Assembly: GCF_902652985.1 (NCBI RefSeq)
Contig: NC_047033.1
Span: 8,308,001-8,372,000 of the forward strand
From: Pecten maximus
Taxonomy: Eukaryota
Direction of reading: 5' to 3'
Length of the DNA stretch: 64,000 nucleotides
Below the pieces are notes generated by a model. It was given only the letters and a program-made list of their open reading frames with translations, was not told where the DNA came from and made no database searches. The position numbers and the translations under genes are program-made. This document shows, piece by piece, positions 39,068 through 50,506 of this stretch (position 1 is its first letter; each line of letters begins with the position of its first letter).

Positions 39068-40734
39068 ATTCACTTTGAGACAGTCTGCAATAAAACTTCT
39101 AACAAACATGGTCGATTATTTTGCGAGAATACTAGCGCTGTAACACCTATATTACAACAGACGAATTAATATCATTTATCTAGATATAAATTAATTGTAA
39201 TTACAATAACGTGCAAAACATCTGAGCAAGTTGACTTGTGACATTTATCTATTCGATAAGCAAACTTACGATACTAACGAAGGACAAATATGTCACATAA
39301 GATATATTTGTAGTAAATTTTTATGCCATATCCTGCATGGTTTAAAGCTTCTTTTCAATTTGTGACTACTACACAGTGAACTTGTTTCGGTCTTTGTAGC
39401 CAATCTCGGCGGTGACAAGTTAAAGACTACATATTTCTCTTCGAAATTCTTAATCGACATAAGTTTTGAATAAGTACGTATTTTTGTTTCATTTTCTATT
39501 TTGTTTATTTTATCTTTCAATTATCAATGCTATAAGCGTACCTTGTTTTCGTTTCATATTAAGGCTTGTTAATCTGATTAACTTTAATGTTATAAGGTGG
39601 GTATTTTCCTGTCGTTCAATCTAATATGTAAACATACAGCAAGTCGTCTGTTGAAGAAACTGTTTTCTATTCAAGCATGTTTTGATTGATTTTATGTTTT
39701 GTACCAACCCGTTTTTGTCTGTTTGTTTTTGTTTTGTTACTTCCATGCTACATTTTGTGTATGTCCTTCATGCATGGTTCATTTTAGTTTTTAAATGCCT
39801 TGATGAAAATGGTTTAATCTAATAAAATCTCTCAAATTTGAGAAGAACGTGTTTCCTATTCTTGGAAGAATTAATTTATCTATATTTTTACCATCCCTTC
39901 ATTTATCATTTATATGTTTTATTTTCCCAACTTTGTCTTATTGTGACCCGTCATCAGATCTCTTGTGATCCTCGCTGAAAAGAAATAATAATAAAACAAA
40001 CACACATTCCGATAACAGAAAAAAAATATATCCATATATGTCTCACAATAGAAAACAACAGCGACAAACTTTTGATTAGTAAGACCTTCAACTAGGCCAG
40101 TCCATCAATCCGACCGATACATTTTTATTGTATTCAACCATTGTACTGTATGTAATTGTTTTTGTTCCCAAGTGTGAATGTTCACAAGGTGTCATTTACT
40201 ACCGTACGTGAAAACACTTTTAAAAACAATTGTTCCTTCGATTCGTTAAATACATACAATTTGTAACTATGATGTTATGAAAAACATAATTTAGGTTATG
40301 GGGACAAGCGAATTACTTTCTATTTCGTGACGGACACAATGATGTCAACATTTCCATTGTTCTCAGGAGTTCGTGTGGTTATTATTATTTTGATTGGGGA
40401 CTCCAGAGGACACAAAATTAGGTATACAGAGGTATCATATCTGCCATAGCTGGGATAGAATGAACATTTCATTGTGGTGAACAAGGGATAATGACATGTT
40501 CACGACCTTTCACTCTAAATAACTAGCTGTGTGAATGTATACCAAGGTTCGTTTGGTATTGTTGAACATTGTGTCAGCACAAAAAGAAAAAGAAAAGAAA
40601 GAAAACATTATTTTTATGATAATGCCTTCTTGAATTGGGCCGACATAGGGGCCATTTTATTTTCAAATGGCATTTCAATGAAATATATACAGACAAACTG
40701 ACATGACATGTTTCTCTGTCCATTATAAACAGAC

Positions 40735-41535
40735 AACTAGGGTTGATCAAATTCCTTTCCTCGCGCAACCCTTAGAAGAAGTTGTTTAAATGTTTAATTC
40801 TACTTGAATACTGTGACATTGAATGTCGGTCTAGGTCACCTATTTGAACAAACTTGGTAGCCCTTAAACCCAGAATGCTAAATGTCCAATATCAGGTATA
40901 TGGGTTGTTGAAAAATCGTTTCATGATTTCAGCATATTAGACCCATATGACCTTGAAATGTAGGTCAAAGTCATTCATTTGAACAAACTTTTGGTAGCCC
41001 TTCACCCCAGCATGCTCAATATCAGGTATCTGGGCCTCTTGCACTCGGGAATACAAACATGGGAATTACCTCGGGCAAATGTGAATGATTAACATTTTCT
41101 CAAAGATTGACATCGGGGCGAGTTGATTTACATTGAAACCTGAAGATTGATATCACAGCAAGCTTATTCACCTTTTTTTTTCTTTTACGAGTGGATGTAG
41201 GTCAAGGTCTTTCATTTGAACAAACTTGGGAGGCCTTCAGACCAGCATGCTTAAGACCTATTTTTGGTATCTGGGCATCTTGGTTATTGAGAAGTCATTT
41301 AACAGATTTGTTTTCGCTGCATATTTGACTCCTGTGATCATTAATGTAAGTCGAGGTCTTTCAATTGAACAAACCTGGTAGCCCTTCACCCCAGCATGCT
41401 ACAGACTCAATATCAGATATCTAGACCTTGTGGTTATCGACAAAAAGTGGTTCAAATAGAAAAGTTGATGCTGGACAAATGACGGACAAAGCATGGCATA
41501 AGCTCAGTTGGCCTTCCAGGTAAGTGAGCTAAAAA
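40735..41535 (+). mobile_element. Helitron/Helentron-type non-autonomous repeat with internal subrepeats
   Basis: Four copies of TTGAACAAACTTGGTAGCCCTTCACCCCAGCATGCT-like units and a terminal hairpin AGCTCA...TGAGCT followed by an A-run. Superfamily is inferred from this layout. Confidence 0.5.
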
Positions 41536-42747
41536 CCAAGTTTAAAATCCTTATTCTGTAGGAATTACATACTTTTTCTTTAATTTGGAGTGAAACTTCT
41601 CTTTTTAAATGAGATTCAATTTCATATATTTAAATTTATCTGGCATTGTCACTATATAGTCTGTTTGAGAGCTCTGGCATTGATGTACGTTTAAATGCCA
41701 TTCATCACGCGCTACACTTATCAGCGTATTAATACAACACAAACCGGAACTACAATATCCAGGATAATTAAGTCTAACGACTAATAATTTTGTCTACATT
41801 ATTGTTATAAAAAAATATGTCATTTGCACATTACGTTGATAATAAAATAATTAACAAAAATGATTCTTTTAAAAAAATCATCATGTACTATTTTTGCCAA
41901 AAAGCACGCGACCATGTTCCGGCTGTTCAACAACCGACAAAAAATCTGCTGACTGTCGGTAAGGCGGGAATTGTGAATTTTAAATATGAATTATAGCGTT
42001 TAGAAAATAAAAAAAAGGAAAAGGAATGTAAATATAAGCGTTGAACTGTTTCTGTATGGTATCTATGATCTATTTGAATGCCAAAGCTTTGCAAGAAAAA
42101 AAATCGCAATGTGTTAACGCACATTATGTTGTTTGCTTGCAAAGCTCTGGCATTCAAATATATCATAAATACCATACACAAACAGTTCAATGCTTAAATG
42201 AATAGCCGATTTCTGTCCATTTTGGCTGAGAGATTGGGCACAATAAGGATTTTTTTCAACAGGAATGGAAACATTCTGCTTCATTTTGGTCTGAAGCATC
42301 CTGTATATGCTTCCCCTAAAACAGCCGCCAACAGAAATGTTCTTCCTTGAATATATACTGCCAAGGCAATAAACAATAATTGCAAACATAGTTTACGAAC
42401 GACAACAATAATTGCAAACATAGTTTACGAACGACATTTTATTAAAATGTATTGGTTAAGTCTTATTTACAAAGCAGTAAATTCATTTTAATCATGCATT
42501 ACTCAAGTATTATACCCACGGTCAATCATTTGAGTCTGTCCCTTACATAGGAAAAAGACTAATGCTGTAAATATTTCATGAAATAATGAAATTCATGAAC
42601 GTTACTCAACCTCTTGACTAGGTAGAATAGCAGTTTTAGAAAGAATAATTTTCTTTTTAAAATTTTCAGTCAGAAAGCTGCGAACTATATTGATTTTTAA
42701 TTCTAAATGTGCAAACTACAACCAAGTGAAACTCTCACAAGTTCAGC

Positions 42748-42903
42748 TAGCCCGAGTTTCCTCTGGCCCTGACACTATGTCTACCAGACAGGATGTCAGG
42801 GCCAGAGGTAGACAGGGTGTCAGGGCTAGAGGTAGTGGTATATTAGTGCCCTATGGCCCTACACCAGTCATGGTCTTCTAAGGGCCAGACTAAACTCGGG
42901 CTA
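42748..42903. mobile_element. Small MITE
   Basis: TIRs TAGCCCGAGTTTCCTCTGGCCCT and AGGGCCAGACTAAACTCGGGCTA. Confidence 0.65.
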
Positions 42904-43174
42904 ATGTTAAGTATGAAAAACGATATTTCACTAGGTATTTTATATCTTGATGTGAGGTTCTAGAAAAACTAACACTTTCTTTCTAGTGTTATTCTACACA
43001 AGTTCGAACATTTGTAACCAGTGTTCTGCAACTTTTCAGAACTCTTTCAACTGACTTTTAAAACTATTGTTAGCCTAAAAATATCTTTCCTGTGACAAGT
43101 GTAATCAATGGGAATACCCCGACCAAAACTGAATTAGACCACCTAAATATGGAGCATTGGAAAATCTGAAACAG

Positions 43175-43499
43175 GATCATCGATTTATGTGAAGTACTTG
43201 GTACATGATCATCGATTTATGTGAAGTACTTGGTGCATGATCATCGATTTATGTGAAGTACTTGGTGCATGATCATCGATTTATGTGAAGTACTTGGTGC
43301 ATGATCATCGATTTATGTGAAGTACTTGGTGCATGATCATCGATTTATGTGAAGTACTTGGTGCATGATCATCGATTTATGTGAAGTACTTGGTGCATGA
43401 TCATCGATTTATGTGAAGTACAAATGTACTTGGTGCATGATCATCGATTTATGTGAAGTACTTGGTGCATGATCATCGATTTATGTGAAGTACTTGGTG
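43175..43499. repeat. 32-bp tandem repeat, about 10 copies (GATCATCGATTTATGTGAAGTACTTGGTGCAT)
   Basis: Head-to-tail, near-identical units with no spacers; one unit has an 8-bp insertion. Confidence 0.95.
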
Positions 43500-43941
43500 A
43501 ATACCTAAGTGTTCACTTAATATTTTTGCTGATATTGCAACTTCAATTCTTTGCATCATTGGGCTTATTTCTAGTACATTTTAAAATCTACTCAAATATT
43601 TCAAACTGTCTAGCTAAAACAAACCTGTTGTGACACAGTACCGCAAGAACATTTGTGAAATGATCGAGTTAGATCTATAAAGAATTACTATAAATCGAGT
43701 ATCTTGTGTTTGTTCATATGGTAAATTGAGGAATACAATTTCCATAAGAATATACAATGTAAGTAGATCATGCTTTGTTCCATTGTTATGAAGTAATGGA
43801 ATTCCAACTTATGCAGAATTATCCCTTTAACGTTCTGCATAATAGAAGTTTTGGACTGTATGACTCATGCTAGTTTAGGCTGGTCCACTAATCACATTGC
43901 ATATCAATTAAACTATCTGGGTAATCAGTTGTGTATAAATG

Positions 43942-44534
43942 CTACTGTCTTAGGCCAACAAATCGCAAGCTGGGCTCATAACTAGCTCTGGAAAATACCA
44001 GAGCACCAGGTTGGATTTTGGAGTAAAATCGAGGAACATTTTCATTACATGACAAAAATTTTGCTCTATAGTCTCCAAGATCTGGGTGTTTGTCTAGGTC
44101 TGTGGAATCTCTTCTCATAAATAATGAAAAATTTAAGTACAACCATATCTTCACAATAGTGAGGGCAGTCAAGTGTTCTTCGTCAATTTTCAGAATATCC
44201 ATCTTCTTCAATAAAATGTCATTTTTGCAATCATATGAGTAAACACAGATTTTGTCTGGTGTACAGCCGAAAGCTGGTATTGGCAGGCCTAAAAGATCTA
44301 CATTTGCATTAGTTTGTGCAAATGCATTAGTAATTGTCTCTGCTATCAACTGACTTTTGAAAGTTTTGTGTTTAAGGCTTAATTCACTAATGTCTTTTTT
44401 CATATCATCTGTTGAACTCCATTTAAGATCTTGTTCCTCAAATTTAAATGTGTTGTCCTCATCTTCCAAGACGGTTAATGGTAGCACTCCATTTATCATC
44501 ATGTTGACATTGCCATGCCATGTCAGGTCAAGCC
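43942..44534 (-). CDS. Uncharacterised protein, exon 3 (terminal)
   Basis: Acceptor TATATTGTAG at 44535, phase 1, matching the exon 2 donor. Open to the stop at 43942. Confidence 0.75.
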
Positions 44535-45733
44535 CTACAATATACAATTAAGCTTAAAAATTTGAATTTTCAAGTTATAATTTCATGAATGAAATATATA
44601 CATAATGATTTATTCCCCTTAGTTCAGTTCGAACTTCAAAACACTAAATGTGTTACTTACCTTTACTTATCTTTATCATGCTTGGAAACTACAGTCCATG
44701 TTTAGTTTAATCTGTATTAGTGTAAGTCAAAGTCTTACTTACATTCCTTAGTCCCTAAAAATTATGCCACCAGAGTGTCTATTTTATTATTGTTAATATT
44801 TTTTCTTACCTCTAAAACCAGGAGATTAAAACAATTCATGCACAAAATGCCCAGAATATTGACTCCCTGCTAACTCTGATCATGAATGCTTTCAGCAAAG
44901 CATATAATTTATATGGATTCCATTAAACACATGTAACATGAAAGGTTCTTTGTGTGTAAACTTTCGTTGTTTTAATAGTTGTTATGGAACAACGAATTCA
45001 GATACCACAGATATTGTTGTACAATGCATGTATTATTGATGCATAGGCTAACCATGAATGCTTGCAACCATCAATAATTTAAAAGCTCCAAATTAAACAT
45101 TAAACACATGAACATTTCATGTTCTACAGTATAGAGTGGTTCATTTTCTTAAGGGGATATGACACAGTCAGAAAACAATGAACCGATAGTCAGGCAAATT
45201 GACATGAGTGATATCAATCTTTCTTTGCATCACCATTTTCTTTGTTTCAAAAGGTTTCTATGCCTTTTGATGCTTATTTTTTTATCTAGACTTTTTCGGA
45301 AAAAATATGCATATTTTTCAAAAAGTGATTATTTCAAAATGACAATGAATATAAATACAAAAAGCATTTAAAAAGAAATAATTCTCTGTACATGTTAAGT
45401 GGTTACAGAAAGAATCCTATGTTAGTTGACAAACTTTACATACCAAGGGTACAATAAGAATTTTATTTTTGGGGGCAATTTTACTTCAACAAAATATGAA
45501 AATTTGAACATTTAAAAAAAAGAAAAACCTATTTTATCATAAATGAAATCATATAACTTTCTTTGCAATGATACATTATGATAAATATTTGATCATGAAA
45601 GAATCAACACAATAAATAACCACTAAAATTTAAATGATACAACACGTAAATGTCCTTTTTCCCCCTTCATCAAATAAAAAGTAGTTTTCTGCACTTTATA
45701 TTTCATCATATTGTTTTGTCGTTTTCCTCGTGT

Positions 45734-45932
45734 CACAGCTTTAACAGAGCTTCTGACTAGATTAGCTAGAATGGCCAACAGACACAGCTTCAACAGGGCT
45801 TCTGACTAGATTAGCTAGAATGGCCAACAGACACAGCTTCAACAGGGCTTCTGACTAGATTAACTAGACTGGCCAACAGACCCTGTCATAGCTTTAACAG
45901 GGCTTCTGACTAGATTAGCTAGAATGGCCAAC
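45734..45932. repeat. 49-bp tandem repeat, 4 copies
   Basis: Unit CACAGCTTCAACAGGGCTTCTGACTAGATTAGCTAGAATGGCCAACAGA. Confidence 0.9.
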
Positions 45933-47090
45933 ATACCCTAAGTTTTTTTATCAAGAATTGCCTAGCTAAATGTCCATTTGCTAAATACAGCACCCCAGCA
46001 TTACACATGTGTATGACGTAACACCTGTATAGATGTGTGTACATCCGGGTTTCCGGATGCTGATTCAGTAGAATAAAAACATGGCGGACCAAGTCACCTC
46101 GTTTGGTTGTCTCTCGCACACTAATGTCGAACACAGACATTAGTACACTGGAGACCAAAATTATAAAGCTCAATTTCATTTATAACTCTAATATTCTTGA
46201 GACAGGGGGCCAATCTATAGATCAGCTTACATGCAATTGTATCAGTGCTCACAGGGAGAATAACTCTTACGAACTTTACTCAAACATAGGCCTGACATTC
46301 AATTTTCTAATTTGGTGGTAGTATTTAATGAATGGTTTATTCATGTATATCACATTAACTGTGTCACTGCCTCGATGACCCAAACTTATCATTATCTATA
46401 CCACACATATGTCCAATAACATGGTGGGATAAAGTAATAACATAAATTTGCACAAAACAGCACAATCGTGTAATAAGGCACAGATAAATTTGTATCATAG
46501 TTTTAAGCATATAATAATGGTGTATACGAAATGTGTATGTGTAATTATAATAATCTACATTTCTAGACTTGCATTTATCCAAAAAAATGTTAACAGGAGT
46601 GTGGGTCAATTCAGCATGACCTGAGTGTAAATTACACAATGTTTGTATACATGCTTCTTTTATGTATTTCATGCATATAATGTTTAATCAATTTTATAAT
46701 GCAGCATTCACACCATTTTTGTCCATTGACTGTCCTTTTTCTGATATATTTTGTGTACTTATTATTTACCATTATATTTTTCTGCATTTTTAGGAATTTT
46801 TAATCAAATTTCAAATTTCTTTTTTGGGGAAAAATAAGAACATTAACAGCAGAGACACACCCCTCAATCAAGCATCATTACCATAAATGTCATCCACCAA
46901 AGGGTTAAGGAGGAGTAGTGTTTTGAAATAAAAAGAATATTAGCCCTTTGGGTCAGATGACCTAAAAATACAATCTGAAAATGAGTGGAGACATTGCCAG
47001 AATTTTTATCAAACAAAGGGAAATAACTCCATACTTAACAGATGTAACAGAAGATCATTTCAGGGAGCACAACTTATGATCTATGAATGA

Positions 47091-47564
47091 TAGTGTTGGG
47101 AATCGGTTGGGATTTACATAATCAATAATCGGTTAGACCCAAATTACTAATTAGTTGATTATAATCAGAACAGTTTGTTGAAAATTAATATGTGGTGTTT
47201 ATTGCTATGGCTAAAGTTTTCTTGTTCTGAATATGATAGAGCGTACCAAAAGAACATGTTTGAGACTATTATTGATTGGTTATTTTAATTAGTATGGTAT
47301 TTACCCATGTATGACTCATTATTATAATGTAAACCTGTGCTTGAATATAAAAGAATGAAGAAATACATTTATATTTCTAAAAAAAAAAATTCTAACTTCT
47401 TTATCTTTTAACATCTTGCATGTTCTTTGAAAAAGGCAAGAATACAGAATCACTGGCATGTTGAATTTATTTTTTTTTTTCAAATAATCGATTATTGATA
47501 TTTATAATCAATCCTCGGTTAAGCAGGATTAATTGAGTGATAATTGATAATCGTCCCATCACTA
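47091..47564. mobile_element. hAT-like MITE
   Basis: TIRs TAGTGTTGGGA and TCCCATCACTA, subterminal TAATCG motifs, and an imperfect 8-bp TSD (ATGAATGA vs ATAAATTA). Confidence 0.55.
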
Positions 47565-47920
47565 ATAAATTATATTGTCACTCAATTACCTTAAGTTTCA
47601 TCAAATTGAATCCCATTGATAAATGAGCGATTAAATAAGTAACACAAAACCCAAATTTTGATCTTTTAAGAAGTAAAATATTTTTACCGTACAAAACTCT
47701 AAGCTGTAGCCAAGGTGTAGAAACTGATCATGAATGGTCATTTCAGGAAGCACAGCCTCACACATACAAAGTATACAATAAGCATATCTCAACAAAGCTA
47801 ATATCTTATAAATCTATCGCTAGAAAATATGACAAATATGACCAACATTATGACATTTTTTTACAACCAAATGAGCCAAAAATGTGACATGAATCGATCA
47901 GAAATATGTACATGTATATA

Positions 47921-48163
47921 CAGTCAAACTGTGTTATCTCGAAGTCAGAGTCATATTATATATGAGGCAACCAAGCATATTTTTATACAATTTTAACTGT
48001 CAGAATTTAATTTTTACATCAATTGAAGCATACAATTTTAACTGTCAGAATTGAATTTTTACATCAATTTAAGCATACAATTTTAATTGTCAGAATTGAA
48101 TTTTTACATCAATTTAAGCAGAGTCTTTGAGTTATCAGACTTTTATATAATGAAGTTTGACTG
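47921..48163. mobile_element. Tc1/mariner-type MITE containing a 45-bp triplication
   Basis: TA|CAGTCAAACT...AGTTTGACTG|TA; three 45-bp units at 47985-48119. Confidence 0.7.
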
Positions 48164-48193
48164 TACGTAGGTATAATTAAAGTAAAGTCTTAC

Positions 48194-48481
48194 CTAAAAA
48201 ATTATTTCCTCTCTTGACATCTACCCCACATCCACAGCTACATTTTCCTGATGTGGAAATATTATCATCAATCACGCAGTCTCCAACTGCTAGGTGGCTG
48301 AACAGGTGTGTATTCAGTACTTCAGTAATGGAAGCTTCCTTCTGATCTCTATCAAAACTTGATTCTGTGGCACCAGCATTCACTGTAGAGCCAGAAACTT
48401 GTGCAGTATATACTATGTTTTTCTCAAGAATACTCAATCTGTTCAATACCTTTCCAAGAGACAGACGGTGTTTATCAAATT
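48194..48481 (-). CDS. Uncharacterised protein, exon 2 (288 nt, phase 1-1)
   Basis: Acceptor TTTTTTTCAG (48482) and donor GTAAGA (48193); encodes ...GKCSCGCGVDVKRGNNFLG. Confidence 0.75.
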
Positions 48482-48593
48482 CTGAAAAAAAGTCAAGATG
48501 TAAATATAGTGACAATAAAAACAGAATTTTTATTGCATTAATGAAGATATGATAGACATAATAGCGCTATGTAAACCCTTTATGTATTGCTCA

Positions 48594-48944
48594 TGTAACA
48601 GGAGAGGAGAAAATGTAGCAGCCAGACCGGGATTCGAACCCGGGACCTCCGAACATTAGCCGGATGCTCTACCAATCGAGCTACCTGGTAACCGATGATC
48701 GACCCAGTCCAGTCCCGCTACACACCTCCCTCCTTTTTACCAAGTCTTCGCCCTAGAAGACACACGAGACCCTTATACCACAACCGTGGGTATTTTACTT
48801 GGGCGACAATTTTGTAACAGGAGAGGAGAAAATGTAAAGGCCAGACCGGGGTTCGAACCCAGGACCTCCGAACACTAGCAGGATGCTCTACCAATTGAGC
48901 TACCTGGTCACTGATGATCGACCCAGCCCAGTCCCGCTTAAACA
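48594..48944 (-). mobile_element. Complete TRIM with tRNA-like LTRs (Helenus-type architecture)
   Basis: Direct repeats at 48594-48722 and 48813-48944 with TG...CA ends. PBS-like TGTCGCCCAAG follows the 5' LTR and PPT AAAAAGGAGGGAGGTG precedes the 3' LTR (minus strand). 4-bp TSD CTCA; box A and box B in each LTR. Confidence 0.85.
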
Positions 48945-49082
48945 CTCAGCTGTAATTTATTAGAACCAGCATTTTTTTTTTATAATTATTTGAAAATATG
49001 ACAATCAGCATGTCTGATGTACAAGAATGGATCAGAGAGTATTGTACACTCCGGTTCATAGAAATTAATAGTGATACCCTCG

Positions 49083-49290
49083 CCGTTTTAACGTGACGAT
49101 CGTACATCTCCGTGTTCCCCGGTGATAGACCAATTATGCCAATCAGTCACCGGGGTTAAATCATCAAATATTGTGGTGACCAAGCGTGTCGCGATGAACC
49201 TCCGCGATCGGGACACTGAGGATCACAGAGGATCAGCAGGACTCATCGGTGCTTACTCATGGCGTGATAGAATTTACCTGTAATGTGGAT
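49083..49290. repeat. Dispersed repeat; inverted copy at 63515-63742
   Basis: About 200 bp align in reverse complement (e.g. GAGGATCACAGAGGATCAGCAGGACTCATCGGTGCTTACTCATG). Confidence 0.85.
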
Positions 49291-49980
49291 GTAATGTACA
49301 TATAGTACACTGTGTAAGTACAGTTTCTGCGACTCATTTGACAAAATCAAAATACTTCTTTTGGCTCAGTAAGTATAAGCACCTGGGACTATCACAACTG
49401 AGACTGCATGCATGGGCCTGCATGGTTTGATTACTATTTAAAAAAAAATTCACTTATTTATTGCAGTACAACAAATCAAAAACTTAATCAGACCGAAAAG
49501 GGAACTGCATTGGATTGAGTTGTACCTACAGTAGCCTATAGCACACTCGGCAAGAATGTTTTTTTTTTCATGTTCTTTCACATGAGCGCCAAAAGAAATT
49601 CCATGGTGGTGATATTGAGTGTCTCTGCTAAGATTGACTCTCTAGAAAAAGAGTCTTAATTATTACCAAATTGTTTAAAAGGTGTGTTTTGTCTCAGGTC
49701 GGTTGGAACGAAAGTGACATGATAACACTATTTGTACTAAATCAAGCTGGAGACCAAGATTTTATTCCTTCTGGTGGGGCACTTGGTATATAGCGCGAGT
49801 TTTCTCTGGACCTGACAGACGTATATATATATGGTGGCAGGGCCTGAGGATACTCCGGGTGATGGCAGGAATATATATGTTACTGTATAATTTTCATATA
49901 CATACACTTTCCCTAGTAACAATTAACTAGGCAGAAAGACAATTTCGTATAAAATTTCATGTTAGGTCTATTAAACAAAC

Positions 49981-50360
49981 CTTTTAAGTAATTATCCAAT
50001 AAATCAAAGGCTATGTTTTCTTCATCTGAAATACTTTTCTGTCGTTTGGTGGCCCGGTTCTCCTCCGTCGCCTATCAATCCTCGGCGGAACTTGATCAAA
50101 TTATGTAATTTTTCAATATCCCAACAGTTTTTCATTGGTAAAGTCTTCGATACCTGATCTGGGTAACAATTGAACGTACTCAGCATTTCTTGTGTGGTCA
50201 CGACAGCCTCACGAAAAGAGTACCCTCCTAAAGGATTACAGAATACTACTTGTAGAGTCATACTCTCCCAAGAATTTGGATCTTCTTTATTAAGGAAGGC
50301 ATCGAGAGCTTCAAACGCGTAGTGCCCTTCTGCTTCGTTAGGTATCATGTCCTCCGCCAT
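49981..50360 (-). CDS. Uncharacterised protein, exon 1 (contains a 1-bp frameshift at 50053-50055)
   Basis: Start context AAAATGGCGG. Removing one base of the CCC run gives ...GDGGEPATKRQKSISDEENIAFDLLDNYLK, then a G|GTTTGT donor in phase 1 that matches the exon 2 acceptor. Confidence 0.7.
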
Positions 50361-50398
50361 TTTCGACAGAAACGAAAATTCTACCCACTGAAAGCCCC

Positions 50399-50506
50399 AA
50401 TTTATCGACTACATTTCCCTGAATACTCTAAAAAAACTTATAATACGTTTAATGTACTGGAATGCTATCGCTTTAAAACCTTAATTTATCGACTACACTT
50501 TCCTGA
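50399..50506. promoter_or_regulatory. Duplicated ZNF143/Staf (SBS)-like motif upstream of the uncharacterised gene
   Basis: AATTTATCGACTACATTTCCCTGA and AATTTATCGACTACACTTTCCTGA, about 40 and 125 bp upstream of the ATG, resemble the ACTACAnnTCCC motif. Confidence 0.5.

Noticed and set aside
43175-43499. 32-bp repeats resembling a CRISPR array
   Set aside because: Units are head-to-tail with no unique spacers, there are no cas genes, and the context is eukaryotic.
48618-48912. Two tandem tRNA genes
   Set aside because: Imperfect stems, differing anticodon positions, and embedding in LTRs with PBS, PPT and TSD.
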